64,000 nucleotides of DNA from Arcobacteraceae bacterium (GCA_048268245.1 JBLWVX010000013.1:8356-72355), one strand, 5' to 3'; positions 51,107 to 62,714 are shown, counted from the stretch's first letter. Program-made: numbers and translations. Notes: generated by a model not told the origin, from the letters alone.

Positions 51107-51892
51107 ATGACAAAAAACAAAAATGTAGTGTGTATTAAATGGGGAACTGTATATAAAGCAGAAGACGTAAATAGATTATTTAATATGGTAATGCGTAATA
51201 CAAAAGAAAAAATAAACTTTTATTGTTTTACAGAAGACAGTGAAGGTTTTGAAGAAGGAATTATTGTAAAGCCTTTACCTGCTTTAAATACTATAGAAGA
51301 ATATAAACTGAAATATGCTTATCAAAAAGAAGCTGGATTATGTGATGATAATTTAGGTGGTTTAAATGGAGAAAGGGTAGTTTTTTTTGACTTAGATATT
51401 GTAATAGTTGGAAATATTGATGATTTTTTTGATTACCCTGAAGACGATAAATTTTATATTATAAATGATCCTAATACAAAAGGTGATAATGTAGGACAAG
51501 CTACATGTTATTCTTGGGTAGTTGGTACTCTTGGCTATATAAAAGAGTATTATGAACAGAATCCAAAAGAAGTAGTTGATAAGTTTTATAATGCTTCTCA
51601 AGAATATTTATCAAGTAAAGTTATTGAAAAGTATGGAAAACTTAATTTCTGGCCAAATGATTGGATTTGTTCTTTTAGATTTGACTGTATGCCAAAATTC
51701 GGTCCATTAAGACATTTTATCACACCTTCTCTTCCTAAAAATAGAGCAAATTTAAAAATTGTTAATTTTCATGGTGATCCAAAAGTAAGGGATGCCATAA
51801 ATGGTTATTGGTATATAAGACCAGGACAAGGATGGAAAAAGTTATATAAAGCATGTAAGCCAACTAAATGGATTGAAGACTATTGGTATTAA
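51107..51892 (+). CDS. GT-A fold glycosyltransferase
   Basis: CIKWGTVY, FFDLD (DxD), FHGDPK. Confidence 0.75.
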   Translation: MTKNKNVVCIKWGTVYKAEDVNRLFNMVMRNTKEKINFYCFTEDSEGFEEGIIVKPLPALNTIEEYKLKYAYQKEAGLCDDNLGGLNGERVVFFDLDIVIVGNIDDFFDYPEDDKFYIINDPNTKGDNVGQATCYSWVVGTLGYIKEYYEQNPKEVVDKFYNASQEYLSSKVIEKYGKLNFWPNDWICSFRFDCMPKFGPLRHFITPSLPKNRANLKIVNFHGDPKVRDAINGYWYIRPGQGWKKLYKACKPTKWIEDYWY

Positions 51893-51920
51893 TATACTAA
51901 TTAATTAAAGGTTATCTTAA

Positions 51921-52829
51921 ATGAATGAATATAAAAAATTATCTTCACAAGTAAATTGTACAATAGGTGTTGGAATACTTAGTTGGAAATCACATAAAAC
52001 TTTAGAAAAAAGTCTTCAAAGTTATGAAGAAATTGGTTTTAAAGATTTTTTTGATGAAGTTAAGATTATATTTCAAGAAGTTTCTAAAGAAGACAAGGAA
52101 CTTGCTAAAAAATATGGTTACGATTATGTTGGATTAGATTGTAATATAGGTATTCAGGGTGGACATAGATGTATTTATGAAAATTTGACAACAGATTATG
52201 TATTAGTTTTAGAAAATGATAATCCTGTTGTAGAATCACGTAATGTTACATATGAAAGGCTATTAGAATCTATTTTACTTTTGAATAATAAGACAATTGA
52301 TATTATGAGATTAAGACATAGATGGAACTTTGGAGAAGGTTTTAGTTTAGATAAATATTTAAATTTTTTTGAAGTTAAAGAATTTCATAAAAAATATAGC
52401 TATATTAAAATTAAGCATAGTATTATTAATAATCTTTTAAAATCAATAAATAGAATATTTAGACCAGAGAAGGCTAAGAGATTAGCTGGTTATTCATTAT
52501 ATTGTGAAAAAGAACCTGAAAAATTATTTCCAAAAGATATTAAAAAGATTGGGAATGAATTATATTCTGTAAAGTCAAGTATTCTTACATGGACAAATCA
52601 AAGTGTACTGCTAAGTCGTAGTTTGTACGGATTTTTATTAGACTATGCAGATAAAAACCCATCATCAAGGGCAGCAAATGGTTTTCAGGATTTAGAAAAA
52701 CCATTAAATAGTAAGTGGTGGAGAAGTCAAAATTATAATATTGGTGTAGGAGAAGGAATATTCTCTCATAATAGATATGATGATAGTTGGAGAAAAGATC
52801 ATCCAGCCTTTAATAAAAAAATTATTTAA
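51921..52829 (+). CDS. Putative GT-A glycosyltransferase
   Basis: ILSW, NIGI, VLVLEND; LOS context. Confidence 0.55.
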   Translation: MNEYKKLSSQVNCTIGVGILSWKSHKTLEKSLQSYEEIGFKDFFDEVKIIFQEVSKEDKELAKKYGYDYVGLDCNIGIQGGHRCIYENLTTDYVLVLENDNPVVESRNVTYERLLESILLLNNKTIDIMRLRHRWNFGEGFSLDKYLNFFEVKEFHKKYSYIKIKHSIINNLLKSINRIFRPEKAKRLAGYSLYCEKEPEKLFPKDIKKIGNELYSVKSSILTWTNQSVLLSRSLYGFLLDYADKNPSSRAANGFQDLEKPLNSKWWRSQNYNIGVGEGIFSHNRYDDSWRKDHPAFNKKII

Positions 52830-53561
52830 ATGAAATCAAAAATACACTCAACTCTAATATATCCATTACTATCCTTATTTGGATATTTACTAAAAGGAAG
52901 TAAAGAAAACTATGATGAATTTTTAACTGATAATATAAATAAGTTAAAAAATTTAGAACTTTTAGAAATAAATACTAAAAAAGAAACTAATAGTTTTTTT
53001 AAAGATATAAAATACTTTTTTGATAAGAACTCACCCTTGTATGATAAAACTTTTGTGAACATCTATGTAGACTTAGAAAAAACTCCTGAATCAAGATGTT
53101 ATGGTTTATATGATTTTTCTAAACTTGTTTCTATGTATTATTCTTCTTCTATGTTGAGTTCAAGAATTACAAATGACAATTTATACATGAAACTTATTTT
53201 CTCTAAAAACAGTTTTGGTGAACTAGAACAAAACAACTTGTTAAGATATATACTTTTGGCATATGCTTCAAAAAAAGTTGATTTTTTGTATATGGATAAA
53301 ACAAATTTGCCCAAAAAGGCGATAGAAATAATCAATAATTTTGAAGACAAATTAAATAGTTCTAAGTTTATAAACTTTTCTAAATCAAAAGATTTACATG
53401 TACTTACTTGTGAAAAAAAGAAAGAGAAATTTGATATTATCTGGTCTAGTTCAAAAAGAGAGATTGAATTAACTGAATTTAATAAAGTTTTTGATAAATT
53501 TGGTCAAGAATTAAAAGGTGAGATTAAAATCACTAATAGTCCAATATATGCTTATCATTAA
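52830..53561 (+). CDS. Hypothetical protein, possibly a degenerate glycoside-hydrolase-like protein
   Basis: Intact 243-aa ORF; LLRYILLAYASKKVD segment only weakly recognisable. Confidence 0.45.
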   Translation: MKSKIHSTLIYPLLSLFGYLLKGSKENYDEFLTDNINKLKNLELLEINTKKETNSFFKDIKYFFDKNSPLYDKTFVNIYVDLEKTPESRCYGLYDFSKLVSMYYSSSMLSSRITNDNLYMKLIFSKNSFGELEQNNLLRYILLAYASKKVDFLYMDKTNLPKKAIEIINNFEDKLNSSKFINFSKSKDLHVLTCEKKKEKFDIIWSSSKREIELTEFNKVFDKFGQELKGEIKITNSPIYAYH

Positions 53562-53573
53562 AAAAGAGTTTAA

Positions 53574-54455
53574 ATGAATCAACTATCTATATCATACAAA
53601 ACAAAAAGTAACTTGATTGAGGCTTTGTTACAGCAAGACAATATTTGTGAAATAAATACTAGTGGAATTTTAAAGAAATTTTCATTTTTAAAAAAAGAGT
53701 ATGCTGATATTTATTTTCATACTGGAGCATTAGACGAGAAAAGTAAAGATAAAATATTAAATGCAAAAAAAGTAATAGTAAATTCAAAAACACTTAAAAA
53801 AGAAATTTTAAAGTCTGTAGAAGAATTTGACTCATCAAAGATTGAGTGTATTTATCCAAGTATTGATATAAATTATGTAAAGCCTAAACTTATGAAGAAA
53901 AAGGTTTGTGAAGCTTTAAATATAGATTCAAAAAAAAGAATCATTTTTTTTACTGCAAAAAACTTTAAAAATTCAGGTGTAAAAGAGTTTATAGAAACTT
54001 TATTTACATTGAACGAACAGAACGTATTAGGAATAATAGCAGGAGACAAAAAGCAGATCAATACTTTGAAATTTCAAATATCAAAATTCAATTATTCGTC
54101 TAAATTATTATTAGTAGAGGATTATGAAAATATTGATGAACTTTTTCTTGCTTCAGATATATTTTTCTTACCTACATATAACAATTATTTTGCATCAAAT
54201 GTTTTAAAAGCAATGTATTGTAAAAATGTAGTTTTTACAACAGCAAATAACCATGCAAGTGAGTTGATTGATGTTTTTTCAACTATGGAAAGTCCAAATG
54301 ATAGATCAGCATCTTTTAAAATAGATGCAGTTCTAATGGAAAAAGATGAAATGAAAAAAATAAAAAAAGAGAATAGAAAATTGGCAAAAAAGTTTGCTTT
54401 AGATATTAATTTAAAAAGAGTAAATGAAATCATCGATACTTTAAATAAGATTTAA
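53574..54455 (+). CDS. WaaG-like GT4 protein with degenerate catalytic motif
   Basis: IVNS, ASDIFFLPT..AM; both Glu positions of the EX7E motif are replaced. Confidence 0.7.
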   Translation: MNQLSISYKTKSNLIEALLQQDNICEINTSGILKKFSFLKKEYADIYFHTGALDEKSKDKILNAKKVIVNSKTLKKEILKSVEEFDSSKIECIYPSIDINYVKPKLMKKKVCEALNIDSKKRIIFFTAKNFKNSGVKEFIETLFTLNEQNVLGIIAGDKKQINTLKFQISKFNYSSKLLLVEDYENIDELFLASDIFFLPTYNNYFASNVLKAMYCKNVVFTTANNHASELIDVFSTMESPNDRSASFKIDAVLMEKDEMKKIKKENRKLAKKFALDINLKRVNEIIDTLNKI

Positions 54456-54505
54456 GATTAATAAGATAAAATACGCAAATATTTTTCACTATATAAGGAA
54501 GACAA

Positions 54506-54694
54506 ATGTCAAGAAGATGTGCAATATCAGGAAAAGGACCTATGGTTGGAAACAACGTAAGTCACGCTAAAAACAGAACAAAAAAGAGATTTTTACCAAA
54601 CTTAAGAACTGTTAGAGTTACTTTAGAAGATGGTACAACTAAAAAAATCAGAATCTCAGCTAAAGAGTTAAGAACTCTTAAAAAACACTCATAA
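54506..54694 (+). CDS. rpmB: 50S ribosomal protein L28
   Basis: [23 protein letters not shown]. Confidence 0.97.
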   Translation: MSRRCAISGKGPMVGNNVSHAKNRTKKRFLPNLRTVRVTLEDGTTKKIRISAKELRTLKKHS

Positions 54695-54717
54695 GAGAGC
54701 ACTAGAAAAGTGCTTTC

Positions 54718-55839
54718 ATGAGCATCTTTAGAAGAATCAAAAAAGCCCTTGGCTGGGAAATTCGAACAGTCAAACCAGAATACGACTTAAATCCATTAAT
54801 ATACTCACAATTAAAACCATTTAGATTACCATTTGTATTAGTTCAAATCATTATGATGATAGGTACACTTGGATATATTATCATTGATGACTTTTCAATT
54901 TTAGACGCAATATTTCAAACAGGTATTACATTTACAACTGTTGGGTTTGGAGAAATTGCTCCTATTTCACCTGCAGGTAGATTTTTTACTATTACACTTA
55001 TTATTTTTGGTTTTGCAGTATTTACACTGTCTACTGCTGTTTTAATTGATACAGTTGTTAAAGGAAGGTTGTTTGACCTATATAAGGAAAGAAGTATGTT
55101 ATATAAGATTGCAAGACTTAGAAGACATTTCGTTATTTTTTATCATAATGAGTACACTTCACAGTTAGCAAAACAGTTTAGAGAGAATCATATTCCTTTT
55201 GTTGTTGTTGATCCAAGTGAGGATATTGAACAAATTGCAAAAGAGAATGGTTATCCATATTTTGTAAAAGAAGAGCCTTATAAAGAAGTTGCTTTTTTGA
55301 AATCACATTTAAGTTCTGCAAAAGGTGCTATATCTTTATCAAAAAATATTTCAGACAATATTACTTTAATTGCATCTGTTAGACTTTATGAAAAAGAGCT
55401 TGGAAGAAGTCCTTTTTTAATTATATCAAATGCAGAAACACAAAATGAGAAAATCAGGCTAAAAAAGCTTGGAGCTGATAAAGTTGTTGCAACTCCATCT
55501 CTAATGGCAAAAAGAGTATCAGCTATGGCTATTAGACCAGACATGGAAAATGTACTTGATGAGTTCTTATATAAAAGAGATACACCTATTGATATGGAAG
55601 AAGTATATGTAAATGAAGAATCGTGGGTTGTAAATAGAGAGATTAAAGATTTACATTTAAGAGATAGACTAAAAGTTTCAGTTATTGGTATAACTGAAAA
55701 GAAAGGCAAGTTTATTCAAATGCCAAGGGGAACTATACTTATTAGTGCTAACTGTAAACTTCTACTTGTTGGTTCACAAAAAGGTATTTCAAGAGCAAAA
55801 AGAATAATAAATTTAAAAGAGAAACCAGAGGATATATAG
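54718..55839 (+). CDS. Potassium channel with RCK domains
   Basis: TTVGFG selectivity filter plus TrkA-N/C domains. Confidence 0.9.
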   Translation: MSIFRRIKKALGWEIRTVKPEYDLNPLIYSQLKPFRLPFVLVQIIMMIGTLGYIIIDDFSILDAIFQTGITFTTVGFGEIAPISPAGRFFTITLIIFGFAVFTLSTAVLIDTVVKGRLFDLYKERSMLYKIARLRRHFVIFYHNEYTSQLAKQFRENHIPFVVVDPSEDIEQIAKENGYPYFVKEEPYKEVAFLKSHLSSAKGAISLSKNISDNITLIASVRLYEKELGRSPFLIISNAETQNEKIRLKKLGADKVVATPSLMAKRVSAMAIRPDMENVLDEFLYKRDTPIDMEEVYVNEESWVVNREIKDLHLRDRLKVSVIGITEKKGKFIQMPRGTILISANCKLLLVGSQKGISRAKRIINLKEKPEDI

Positions 55840-57021
55840 ATGTTTACAATATTACCAATAAAAGGTCACATTGATCAAATAGATGGCTTTAACTGTGATG
55901 GAATAAGTGCAGGATTAAAACCTAATGGAAATAAAGATTTAGGTTTTATTTATACAAATGAACCTTGTGATGTTCAATCTGTATTTACAGAGAACAGATT
56001 TCAAGCTGCACCATTAAAACACTATTTACAATATGAAGAAAACTTTAAAACAAATTTTGTATTAATAAACTCAAAAAATGCAAATGCATTAACTGGAAAA
56101 AAAGGTATTGAAGATATAAATACTATTTTTTCATCATTAAATTTTGATTTAGTAAACCCAATAATGAGTAGTACTGGAGTAATAGGAAATCCTTTACCAA
56201 TTGATAAAATTGTAAAAGGTGCTAATTCTTTTGACTTAAATGCTAAAAATGGTGAAAATTTAGCAAAAGCTATTATGACAACTGATGCTTATGAAAAAAG
56301 CTGTATGTATGAAGTAAAACTTGAAGATGGAAGTTCATTTAAAATAGGTGCTGTAGCAAAAGGTGCAGGAATGATAAATCCAAACCTAGCAACTATGCTT
56401 TGTTTTATTTGTACAGATGCAAATGTACCTAGTGACAATATGAAAGAAGCTTTAAAAGTTAATACTCACACTACATTTAATGCAATTTCTGTTGATGGAG
56501 ATACTTCAACAAATGACACAGTAATGCTTTTAGCAAATAAAAAATCAAATGCTTATGAAAAAGAAGCATTTATTGAAGCTGTAAGATTAGTGATGCATGA
56601 TATGGCAATGTTAATGGTAGCAGATGGTGAAGGAGCTAAAAAAGCAGTTGCTTTTGAAGTTAAAAATGCAGTATCTGTAGAAGAAGCACAAACAGCAGCA
56701 AAAGCATTGTCAAATTCTTTACTTGTTAAAACAGCACTGTTTGGCGAAGATCCAAACTTTGGAAGAATTGCTTCAACAATAGGAGCATCAAAAGTTACTA
56801 GTGATGAAGAAAAGTTAGTTATTTCTTATAATGATGTTATTGTTTATAATAAAGGTGAACTTTGCTTTGATGAAGAACAAGAATCAAAAGCTGCAAAAGT
56901 ATTAGAAAATGACAAATTTAAAGTTATTTGTGACTTAGGAGTAGGGGAGCATAGTTTTACAGCATATGGATGTGACCTAGGTTATGAATATGTAAAGATT
57001 AATGCCGATTACAGAACTTAA
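55840..57021 (+). CDS. argJ: Ornithine acetyltransferase
   Basis: STGVIG, IMTTD, KGAGMI.P..ATML, DGDTSTND, DGEGA, INADYRT. Confidence 0.95.
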   Translation: MFTILPIKGHIDQIDGFNCDGISAGLKPNGNKDLGFIYTNEPCDVQSVFTENRFQAAPLKHYLQYEENFKTNFVLINSKNANALTGKKGIEDINTIFSSLNFDLVNPIMSSTGVIGNPLPIDKIVKGANSFDLNAKNGENLAKAIMTTDAYEKSCMYEVKLEDGSSFKIGAVAKGAGMINPNLATMLCFICTDANVPSDNMKEALKVNTHTTFNAISVDGDTSTNDTVMLLANKKSNAYEKEAFIEAVRLVMHDMAMLMVADGEGAKKAVAFEVKNAVSVEEAQTAAKALSNSLLVKTALFGEDPNFGRIASTIGASKVTSDEEKLVISYNDVIVYNKGELCFDEEQESKAAKVLENDKFKVICDLGVGEHSFTAYGCDLGYEYVKINADYRT

Positions 57022-57034
57022 AACACAATAACTT

Positions 57035-57059
57035 CTGAAGTGATGAGATGTCACTTCAG
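57035..57059 (+). terminator. Stem-loop after argJ
   Basis: CTGAAGTGA-N7-TCACTTCAG. Confidence 0.6.
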
Positions 57060-57141
57060 TGTGTAAGAAAATACAAATTTAAATTCTCTTAAGTTCAAGG
57101 GGTGTATAATTAATTTATAAACCAATAAATAGGATGATAAA

Positions 57142-57360
57142 ATGTTTCATGAATATAGAGATCTAATCACAGAATTAAAACAAAAAGATGCACATTTCCA
57201 CAAGTTGTTTGACAAACATAATGATTTGGATGAAGAAATTACGGAAATGGAAAAAAGTCATGCAGATCAATTTGAAATTGAAGCAAAGAAAAAAGAGAAA
57301 TTAAAACTTAAAGATGATGTTTATAATATGATCATCAAATATAAAAATGAAAAAGCATAA
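57142..57360 (+). CDS. YdcH/DUF465-family protein
   Basis: MFHEYRDLITELK..HF..LFDKHN.LD..I..KKEKLKLKD. Confidence 0.85.
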   Translation: MFHEYRDLITELKQKDAHFHKLFDKHNDLDEEITEMEKSHADQFEIEAKKKEKLKLKDDVYNMIIKYKNEKA

Positions 57361-57376
57361 ATAACTTTTATTAAAT

Positions 57377-57405
57377 AAAAAAGGGACTGTTTCAGGTCTC
57401 TTTTT
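57377..57405 (+). terminator. Intrinsic terminator
   Basis: AAAAAAGGGAC..GTCTCTTTTT. Confidence 0.6.
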
Positions 57406-57486
57406 CTTCAAAAATAACTTACTCAACTTGCCCTAAGCACACTTTGGATATAATATCTAAATTTTATATTACAAAGGCCTTTTTTT

Positions 57487-60066
57487 ATGGAAAACCTTTT
57501 TGAAAACCAAGATATTATTGACATAAATATTGAAGACTCAGTTAAAGCTTCATATTTAGATTATTCAATGAGTGTTATTATTGGTAGAGCACTACCTGAT
57601 GCAAAAGATGGATTAAAACCAGTTCACAGAAGAATTTTATATGCTATGCATGATTTAAATATTTCTTCAAAATCTGCATATAAAAAATCTGCAAGAATCG
57701 TTGGAGATGTTATTGGTAAGTATCACCCACATGGTGATAGCTCAGTTTATGATGCACTAGTTAGAATGGCGCAAAATTTCTCAATGAGAGCTCCTTTAGT
57801 TGATGGACAAGGAAACTTTGGTTCAATTGATGGTGATAATGCAGCAGCTATGAGATATACAGAAGCTAGAATGACTAAAATATCTGAAGAGGTTTTAAGA
57901 GATATAGATAAAGACACTATTAACTACACTCAAAACTATGATGATACTTTAAAGGAACCAACAGTTTTACCTACTAGAGTTCCAACACTATTATTAAACG
58001 GTAGTGAGGGTATTGCTGTTGGTATGGCTACTAAAATTCCACCACATAATTTAAATGAATTATTAAATGCAGTTTTATATACAATAGACAATCCAGAAGC
58101 AACAGCTGAAGATTTAATGCAATTTATTCAAGGTCCAGACTTTCCAACAGGTGGTACTATCTTTGGTAGAAGAGGTATTATTGATGCATATAAAACAGGA
58201 CGTGGAAGAGTTAAGATAAGAGCTAAGCATCACATCGAAACAAAAGGTAAAAAAGAAGTAATTGTTTTAGATGAACTTCCATATCAAGTAAACAAATCAA
58301 GACTTATTGAGCAAATAGCTACTCTTGCTAAAGATAAGCAAATTGAGGGTATTTCAGAAGTTAGAGATGAGTCTGATAGAGAAGGTATTAGAGTTGTTAT
58401 TGAACTTAAAAAAGATGCTATGGGTGAGATTGTATTAAATAACCTTTACAAGTCTACGCCAATGGAAACTACATTCGGTATCATCCTTTTAGCAGTTCAT
58501 AATAAAGAACCAAAGGTATTTAACCTACCACAACTTTTAAATATTTTCTTAGCACATAGAAAAACTGTAATTATTAGAAGAACAATTTTTGATTTAGAAA
58601 AAGCAAAAGCAAGAGCTCATATTTTAGAAGGTTTAAAAATTGCTTTAGACAATATTGATGAAGTAGTTCAAATTATTAGAGCATCTGCAAATGATGCTGA
58701 AGCAAAAGAAAAGCTTCAAGATAGATTTGGACTTTCACCAATTCAATCTCAAGCTATCTTAGATATGAGATTAGGAAGACTTACTGGTCTTCAAAGAGAT
58801 AAATTAGAAGCTGAATATCAAGAGTTATTAGCATTAATTGCTGAATTAGAAGCTATCTTAAAGTCAGAAGAAAAATTAAATGAGATTATCAAAGAAGAGT
58901 TAATTGAAATCAAAGATAAATATTCTGATGAAAGAAGAACTGAAATTGAAGATTCATATGATGAGATTGACATGGAAGACTTAATTCCAAATGAGCCAAT
59001 GGTAGTTACTATTACTCATAATGGATATGTAAAAAGAGTTCCTATTAAATCATACGAAAAGCAAAGAAGAGGTGGTAAAGGTAAAGTAGCAGTTACTACT
59101 CATGATGATGACTTTATTGAAAAATTCTTTGTTTCAAATACACATGATACTTTAATGTTTGTTACAAACATGGGGCAATTATATTGGTTAAAAGTTTACA
59201 GAATTCCAGAAGGAAGTAGAACAGCTAAAGGTAAAGCAGTTGTTAACTTAATTAACTTAAGACCAGAAGAAAAAATCATGGCTATTATCCCAACTGATGA
59301 CTTTGATGAATCTAAATCATTAGCATTCTTTACTAAGAATGGTATTGTAAAAAGAACATCATTATCAGAGTTTAGTAATATTAGATCAAATGGTGTAAGA
59401 GCAATTGTTCTTGATGATTTAGATGAAATTGTAACAGCTAAAATTACAAATGTTGAATCTGAGTATATTATGATCTTCACAAGTTTAGGTCAATGTATTA
59501 GATTTGAAATTGATAAGACAAGAGAACAAGGTAGAAGCACTAGAGGTGTAAGAGGTATTAAGTTTAAACATGATACTGATTATGTTGTTGATGCGGATGT
59601 TATTGACAATGAAGAACAAGAGTTATTAACTGTATCTGAAAAAGGTATTGGAAAAAGAACACTTGTAGAAGAATATAGACTTACAAATAGAGCAGGTTCT
59701 GGTGTTATTTCAATGAAATTATCACAAAAAACAGGAAATGTTGTAGGTGAAGTTTTAGTTGATGAAAGTATGGATTTAATGGCTTTAACATCTATTGGTA
59801 AGATGATTAGAGTTGATATGCAAACAATTAGAAAAGCAGGAAGAAATACTTCAGGTGTTATTATTGTAAATGTTGATAAAGGTGATAAAGTAGTATCTAT
59901 TGCAAAATGTCCAAAACAAGATGAAGAAATCGAAGTTGATGAAAATGGAAATGTAATAAGATACAATGAGGATGGAGAAGTAATTGAAGAAATTGCTGTT
60001 GAAGATAAAAGCCAACAACATTCACAATCATTAATAGATAATTTAGAAGAAAAAAAGGAAGATTAA
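57487..60066 (+). CDS. gyrA: DNA gyrase subunit A
   Basis: RALPD..GLKPV, YHPHGD, AAMRYT, GyrA-box QRRGGKG. Confidence 0.97.
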   Translation: MENLFENQDIIDINIEDSVKASYLDYSMSVIIGRALPDAKDGLKPVHRRILYAMHDLNISSKSAYKKSARIVGDVIGKYHPHGDSSVYDALVRMAQNFSMRAPLVDGQGNFGSIDGDNAAAMRYTEARMTKISEEVLRDIDKDTINYTQNYDDTLKEPTVLPTRVPTLLLNGSEGIAVGMATKIPPHNLNELLNAVLYTIDNPEATAEDLMQFIQGPDFPTGGTIFGRRGIIDAYKTGRGRVKIRAKHHIETKGKKEVIVLDELPYQVNKSRLIEQIATLAKDKQIEGISEVRDESDREGIRVVIELKKDAMGEIVLNNLYKSTPMETTFGIILLAVHNKEPKVFNLPQLLNIFLAHRKTVIIRRTIFDLEKAKARAHILEGLKIALDNIDEVVQIIRASANDAEAKEKLQDRFGLSPIQSQAILDMRLGRLTGLQRDKLEAEYQELLALIAELEAILKSEEKLNEIIKEELIEIKDKYSDERRTEIEDSYDEIDMEDLIPNEPMVVTITHNGYVKRVPIKSYEKQRRGGKGKVAVTTHDDDFIEKFFVSNTHDTLMFVTNMGQLYWLKVYRIPEGSRTAKGKAVVNLINLRPEEKIMAIIPTDDFDESKSLAFFTKNGIVKRTSLSEFSNIRSNGVRAIVLDDLDEIVTAKITNVESEYIMIFTSLGQCIRFEIDKTREQGRSTRGVRGIKFKHDTDYVVDADVIDNEEQELLTVSEKGIGKRTLVEEYRLTNRAGSGVISMKLSQKTGNVVGEVLVDESMDLMALTSIGKMIRVDMQTIRKAGRNTSGVIIVNVDKGDKVVSIAKCPKQDEEIEVDENGNVIRYNEDGEVIEEIAVEDKSQQHSQSLIDNLEEKKED

Positions 60067-60067
60067 T

Positions 60068-61105
60068 ATGAGAAAATTTAATGTCGCAGTTGTAGGAGCA
60101 ACTGGTGCAGTAGGTGAAGAACTTTTTAGAGTAATGGCAGATTATGACTTTCCAGTTAATAATATTGTTCCATTAGCAAGTGCTAAAAGTGCTGGTTCAA
60201 AAATTGAGTATAAAAATAAAGAGTATACTGTTTTAGAACTTACTGAGACTGCGTTTGAAGAAAATGAAGTAGATATTGCATTTTTTAGTGCAGGTGGAAG
60301 TATCTCAGAAAAATTTGCAAAATATGCTGTAGAAGCAGGTGCTGTAGTTATTGATAATACAAGTCACTTTAGAATGGTTCCAAATATACCATTAGTAGTG
60401 CCAGAAGTAAATCCAGAAGATATTACACTTTGGAGAGAAACAGGAATTATTGCTAATCCAAACTGTTCGACTATTCAAATGGTATTATCTTTAAAACCTT
60501 TAGATGAACTATATGGAATCAAAAGAGTTGATGTATCAACTTATCAGGCAGTTTCTGGTGCTGGAAAAGCTGGAATGGAAGAATTAGTAACACAAATGCA
60601 AGACTTTTTTGCATTTAAATTAGATGAGAGTAAAAAAGATGCATTTGCACACCAAATTGCATTAAATGTTATTCCTCAAATTGATGTTCAGCAACCAAAT
60701 GATTTCACAAAAGAAGAAATGAAAATGGTAAATGAAACTCAAAAAATTCTTCATAAAGAAGTGCAAGTAGCAGCTACTTGTGTTAGAGTTCCAGTTTTAA
60801 GATCTCACTCAGAGTCAATTACTGTTACATTTGATGAAAATGTAGATGTTGATGTAACTGAAGTAAGAAATGCATTAGAAAACTTTGAAAATGTTGAAGT
60901 TATTGATGATTTAGCAAACAATGCATATCCAATGCCAATTGTATCAACTGATACAGATATGACTTATGTAGGAAGAATAAGAAAAGATGTTTATGCTCCT
61001 AATATTGTTCATTTTTTCAATGTTGCGGACCAAGTAAGAGTAGGTGCTGCAACTAACTCAGTTAGAATTGCTTTAAAATGGATTGAAATGGAGAGCGATA
61101 TTTAA
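60068..61105 (+). CDS. asd: Aspartate-semialdehyde dehydrogenase
   Basis: GATGAVG, NPNCST, QAVSGAG, CVRVPV..HSE. Confidence 0.95.
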   Translation: MRKFNVAVVGATGAVGEELFRVMADYDFPVNNIVPLASAKSAGSKIEYKNKEYTVLELTETAFEENEVDIAFFSAGGSISEKFAKYAVEAGAVVIDNTSHFRMVPNIPLVVPEVNPEDITLWRETGIIANPNCSTIQMVLSLKPLDELYGIKRVDVSTYQAVSGAGKAGMEELVTQMQDFFAFKLDESKKDAFAHQIALNVIPQIDVQQPNDFTKEEMKMVNETQKILHKEVQVAATCVRVPVLRSHSESITVTFDENVDVDVTEVRNALENFENVEVIDDLANNAYPMPIVSTDTDMTYVGRIRKDVYAPNIVHFFNVADQVRVGAATNSVRIALKWIEMESDI

Positions 61106-61617
61106 TGATTGAAAGGCTTTTTGAAAGTGCAATGTGGAAAACAAGATTTCTTGTTCTCTTCGCTGTACTTTTTGGCTTACTAGGTGCATTAGTATTATTT
61201 TTACTTGCAAGTATGGATATATTTGCAGTTGCAAAATATGCATTTAATACTATTATTACTCATGCTCATCCTGAAAACTTCCATGAAGATATAGTAAGCG
61301 GTATTATAGGTGCAGTTGATTTATATTTAATTGCAGTTGTTATGCTTATTTTTTCTTTTGGAATATATGAACTTTTTATCTCTCCTATTGATCATAATGA
61401 ACAAACACAAGATGATTCAAAGATATTATCAATTACTTCATTAGATCAATTAAAAGATAAAATAGCAAAAGTTATTGTTATGGTTCTTGTTGTAAACTTT
61501 TTTCAAAGGGTTTTACATACAGAATATAATGGTGCTTTAGAAATGTTGTATTTTGCTTTAGCTGTAGCTGCTTTAGCTGTTGGACTTTTCTTTTTAGGAA
61601 AAGTTGGAAAAAAATAA
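61105..61617 (+). CDS. YqhA-family membrane protein
   Basis: [16 protein letters not shown]. Confidence 0.8.
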   Translation: MIERLFESAMWKTRFLVLFAVLFGLLGALVLFLLASMDIFAVAKYAFNTIITHAHPENFHEDIVSGIIGAVDLYLIAVVMLIFSFGIYELFISPIDHNEQTQDDSKILSITSLDQLKDKIAKVIVMVLVVNFFQRVLHTEYNGALEMLYFALAVAALAVGLFFLGKVGKK

Positions 61618-61630
61618 AAAAGGTAAATAT

Positions 61631-62671
61631 ATGTCAAAGATATTTGTAGATGCGTGTTTTAGAAAAGAGACTCCTTACACTCCTGTATGGATGATGAGAC
61701 AAGCAGGAAGATACCTTCCTGAATATATGGAAGTTAGAGGAGAAGCAGGAAGTTTCTTAAACTTATGTCACAATCCAGAAAAAGCTTGTGAGGTTACAAT
61801 TCAGCCTTTAGATATAGTTGGAGTTGATGCTGCAATCTTATTTAGTGATATTCTTGTTATTCCTGATGAAATGGGAATGGATTTAGAGTTTATTAAAGGA
61901 CAAGGTCCTGTATTTCATGACCCAATTAAAACGCAAGAAGATGTTGATAGATTAATTGGTGGTGAAGAAGCTGCAAATAAACTAACATATGTTTATGAAA
62001 CAATTAAACTTCTAAAAGAGAAGTTACCTGAAGATAAAGCACTTATTGGTTTTACAGGTGCTCCATGGACACTTGCAACTTATATGATTGAAGGGCAGGG
62101 AACAAAAACTTATAATCTATGTAAAAAAATGATGTATTCTAATCCTGAATTATTACATAACATTTTAAGGAAAGTTACAGATATTGTTAAATTATATTTA
62201 GAAAAACAAATTCAAGCTGGTGCTGATGTTGTTCAAATATTTGACTCATGGGCCGCTGCAATAGAACCTGGAAGATATGATGAGTTTTCATGGAAATATA
62301 TGGTTGAAATTGCTGAGTATATAAAAGATAAATATCCTCATATTCCTGTAATAATGTTCCCTAAAGGAATTTCTGCATTTATTAATATGGGTGGAGTTTA
62401 TGGAAACTTTGATGTATTAGGAATTGACTGGGGAACTCCAATGGCTATGGCAAAAGCTAAATTAGGTGATAAATATGTTCTTCAAGGGAATATGGAACCT
62501 TGTAGACTTTACTCTAAAGAAGAGACTACTAAATGTGTAGAAAAAATTCATGAGACTATGCAAGGTGAGGGTCATATTTTCAATTTAGGACATGGTATCT
62601 TACCTGATGTTCCTGTTGAAAATGCAATTCACTTTGTAAAAGAGTGTCAACGAGTATCTAAAAAATCTTAA
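61631..62671 (+). CDS. hemE: Uroporphyrinogen decarboxylase
   Basis: [33 protein letters not shown] at 61631 after AAGG. Confidence 0.95.
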   Translation: MSKIFVDACFRKETPYTPVWMMRQAGRYLPEYMEVRGEAGSFLNLCHNPEKACEVTIQPLDIVGVDAAILFSDILVIPDEMGMDLEFIKGQGPVFHDPIKTQEDVDRLIGGEEAANKLTYVYETIKLLKEKLPEDKALIGFTGAPWTLATYMIEGQGTKTYNLCKKMMYSNPELLHNILRKVTDIVKLYLEKQIQAGADVVQIFDSWAAAIEPGRYDEFSWKYMVEIAEYIKDKYPHIPVIMFPKGISAFINMGGVYGNFDVLGIDWGTPMAMAKAKLGDKYVLQGNMEPCRLYSKEETTKCVEKIHETMQGEGHIFNLGHGILPDVPVENAIHFVKECQRVSKKS

Positions 62672-62688
62672 TTAAAATCTCAATTATC

Positions 62689-62714
62689 TAATAAGTAGCT
62701 TTTGCTACTTATTA
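62689..62714 (+). terminator. Stem-loop after hemE
   Basis: TAATAAGTAGC-TTTT-GCTACTTATTA. Confidence 0.65.
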
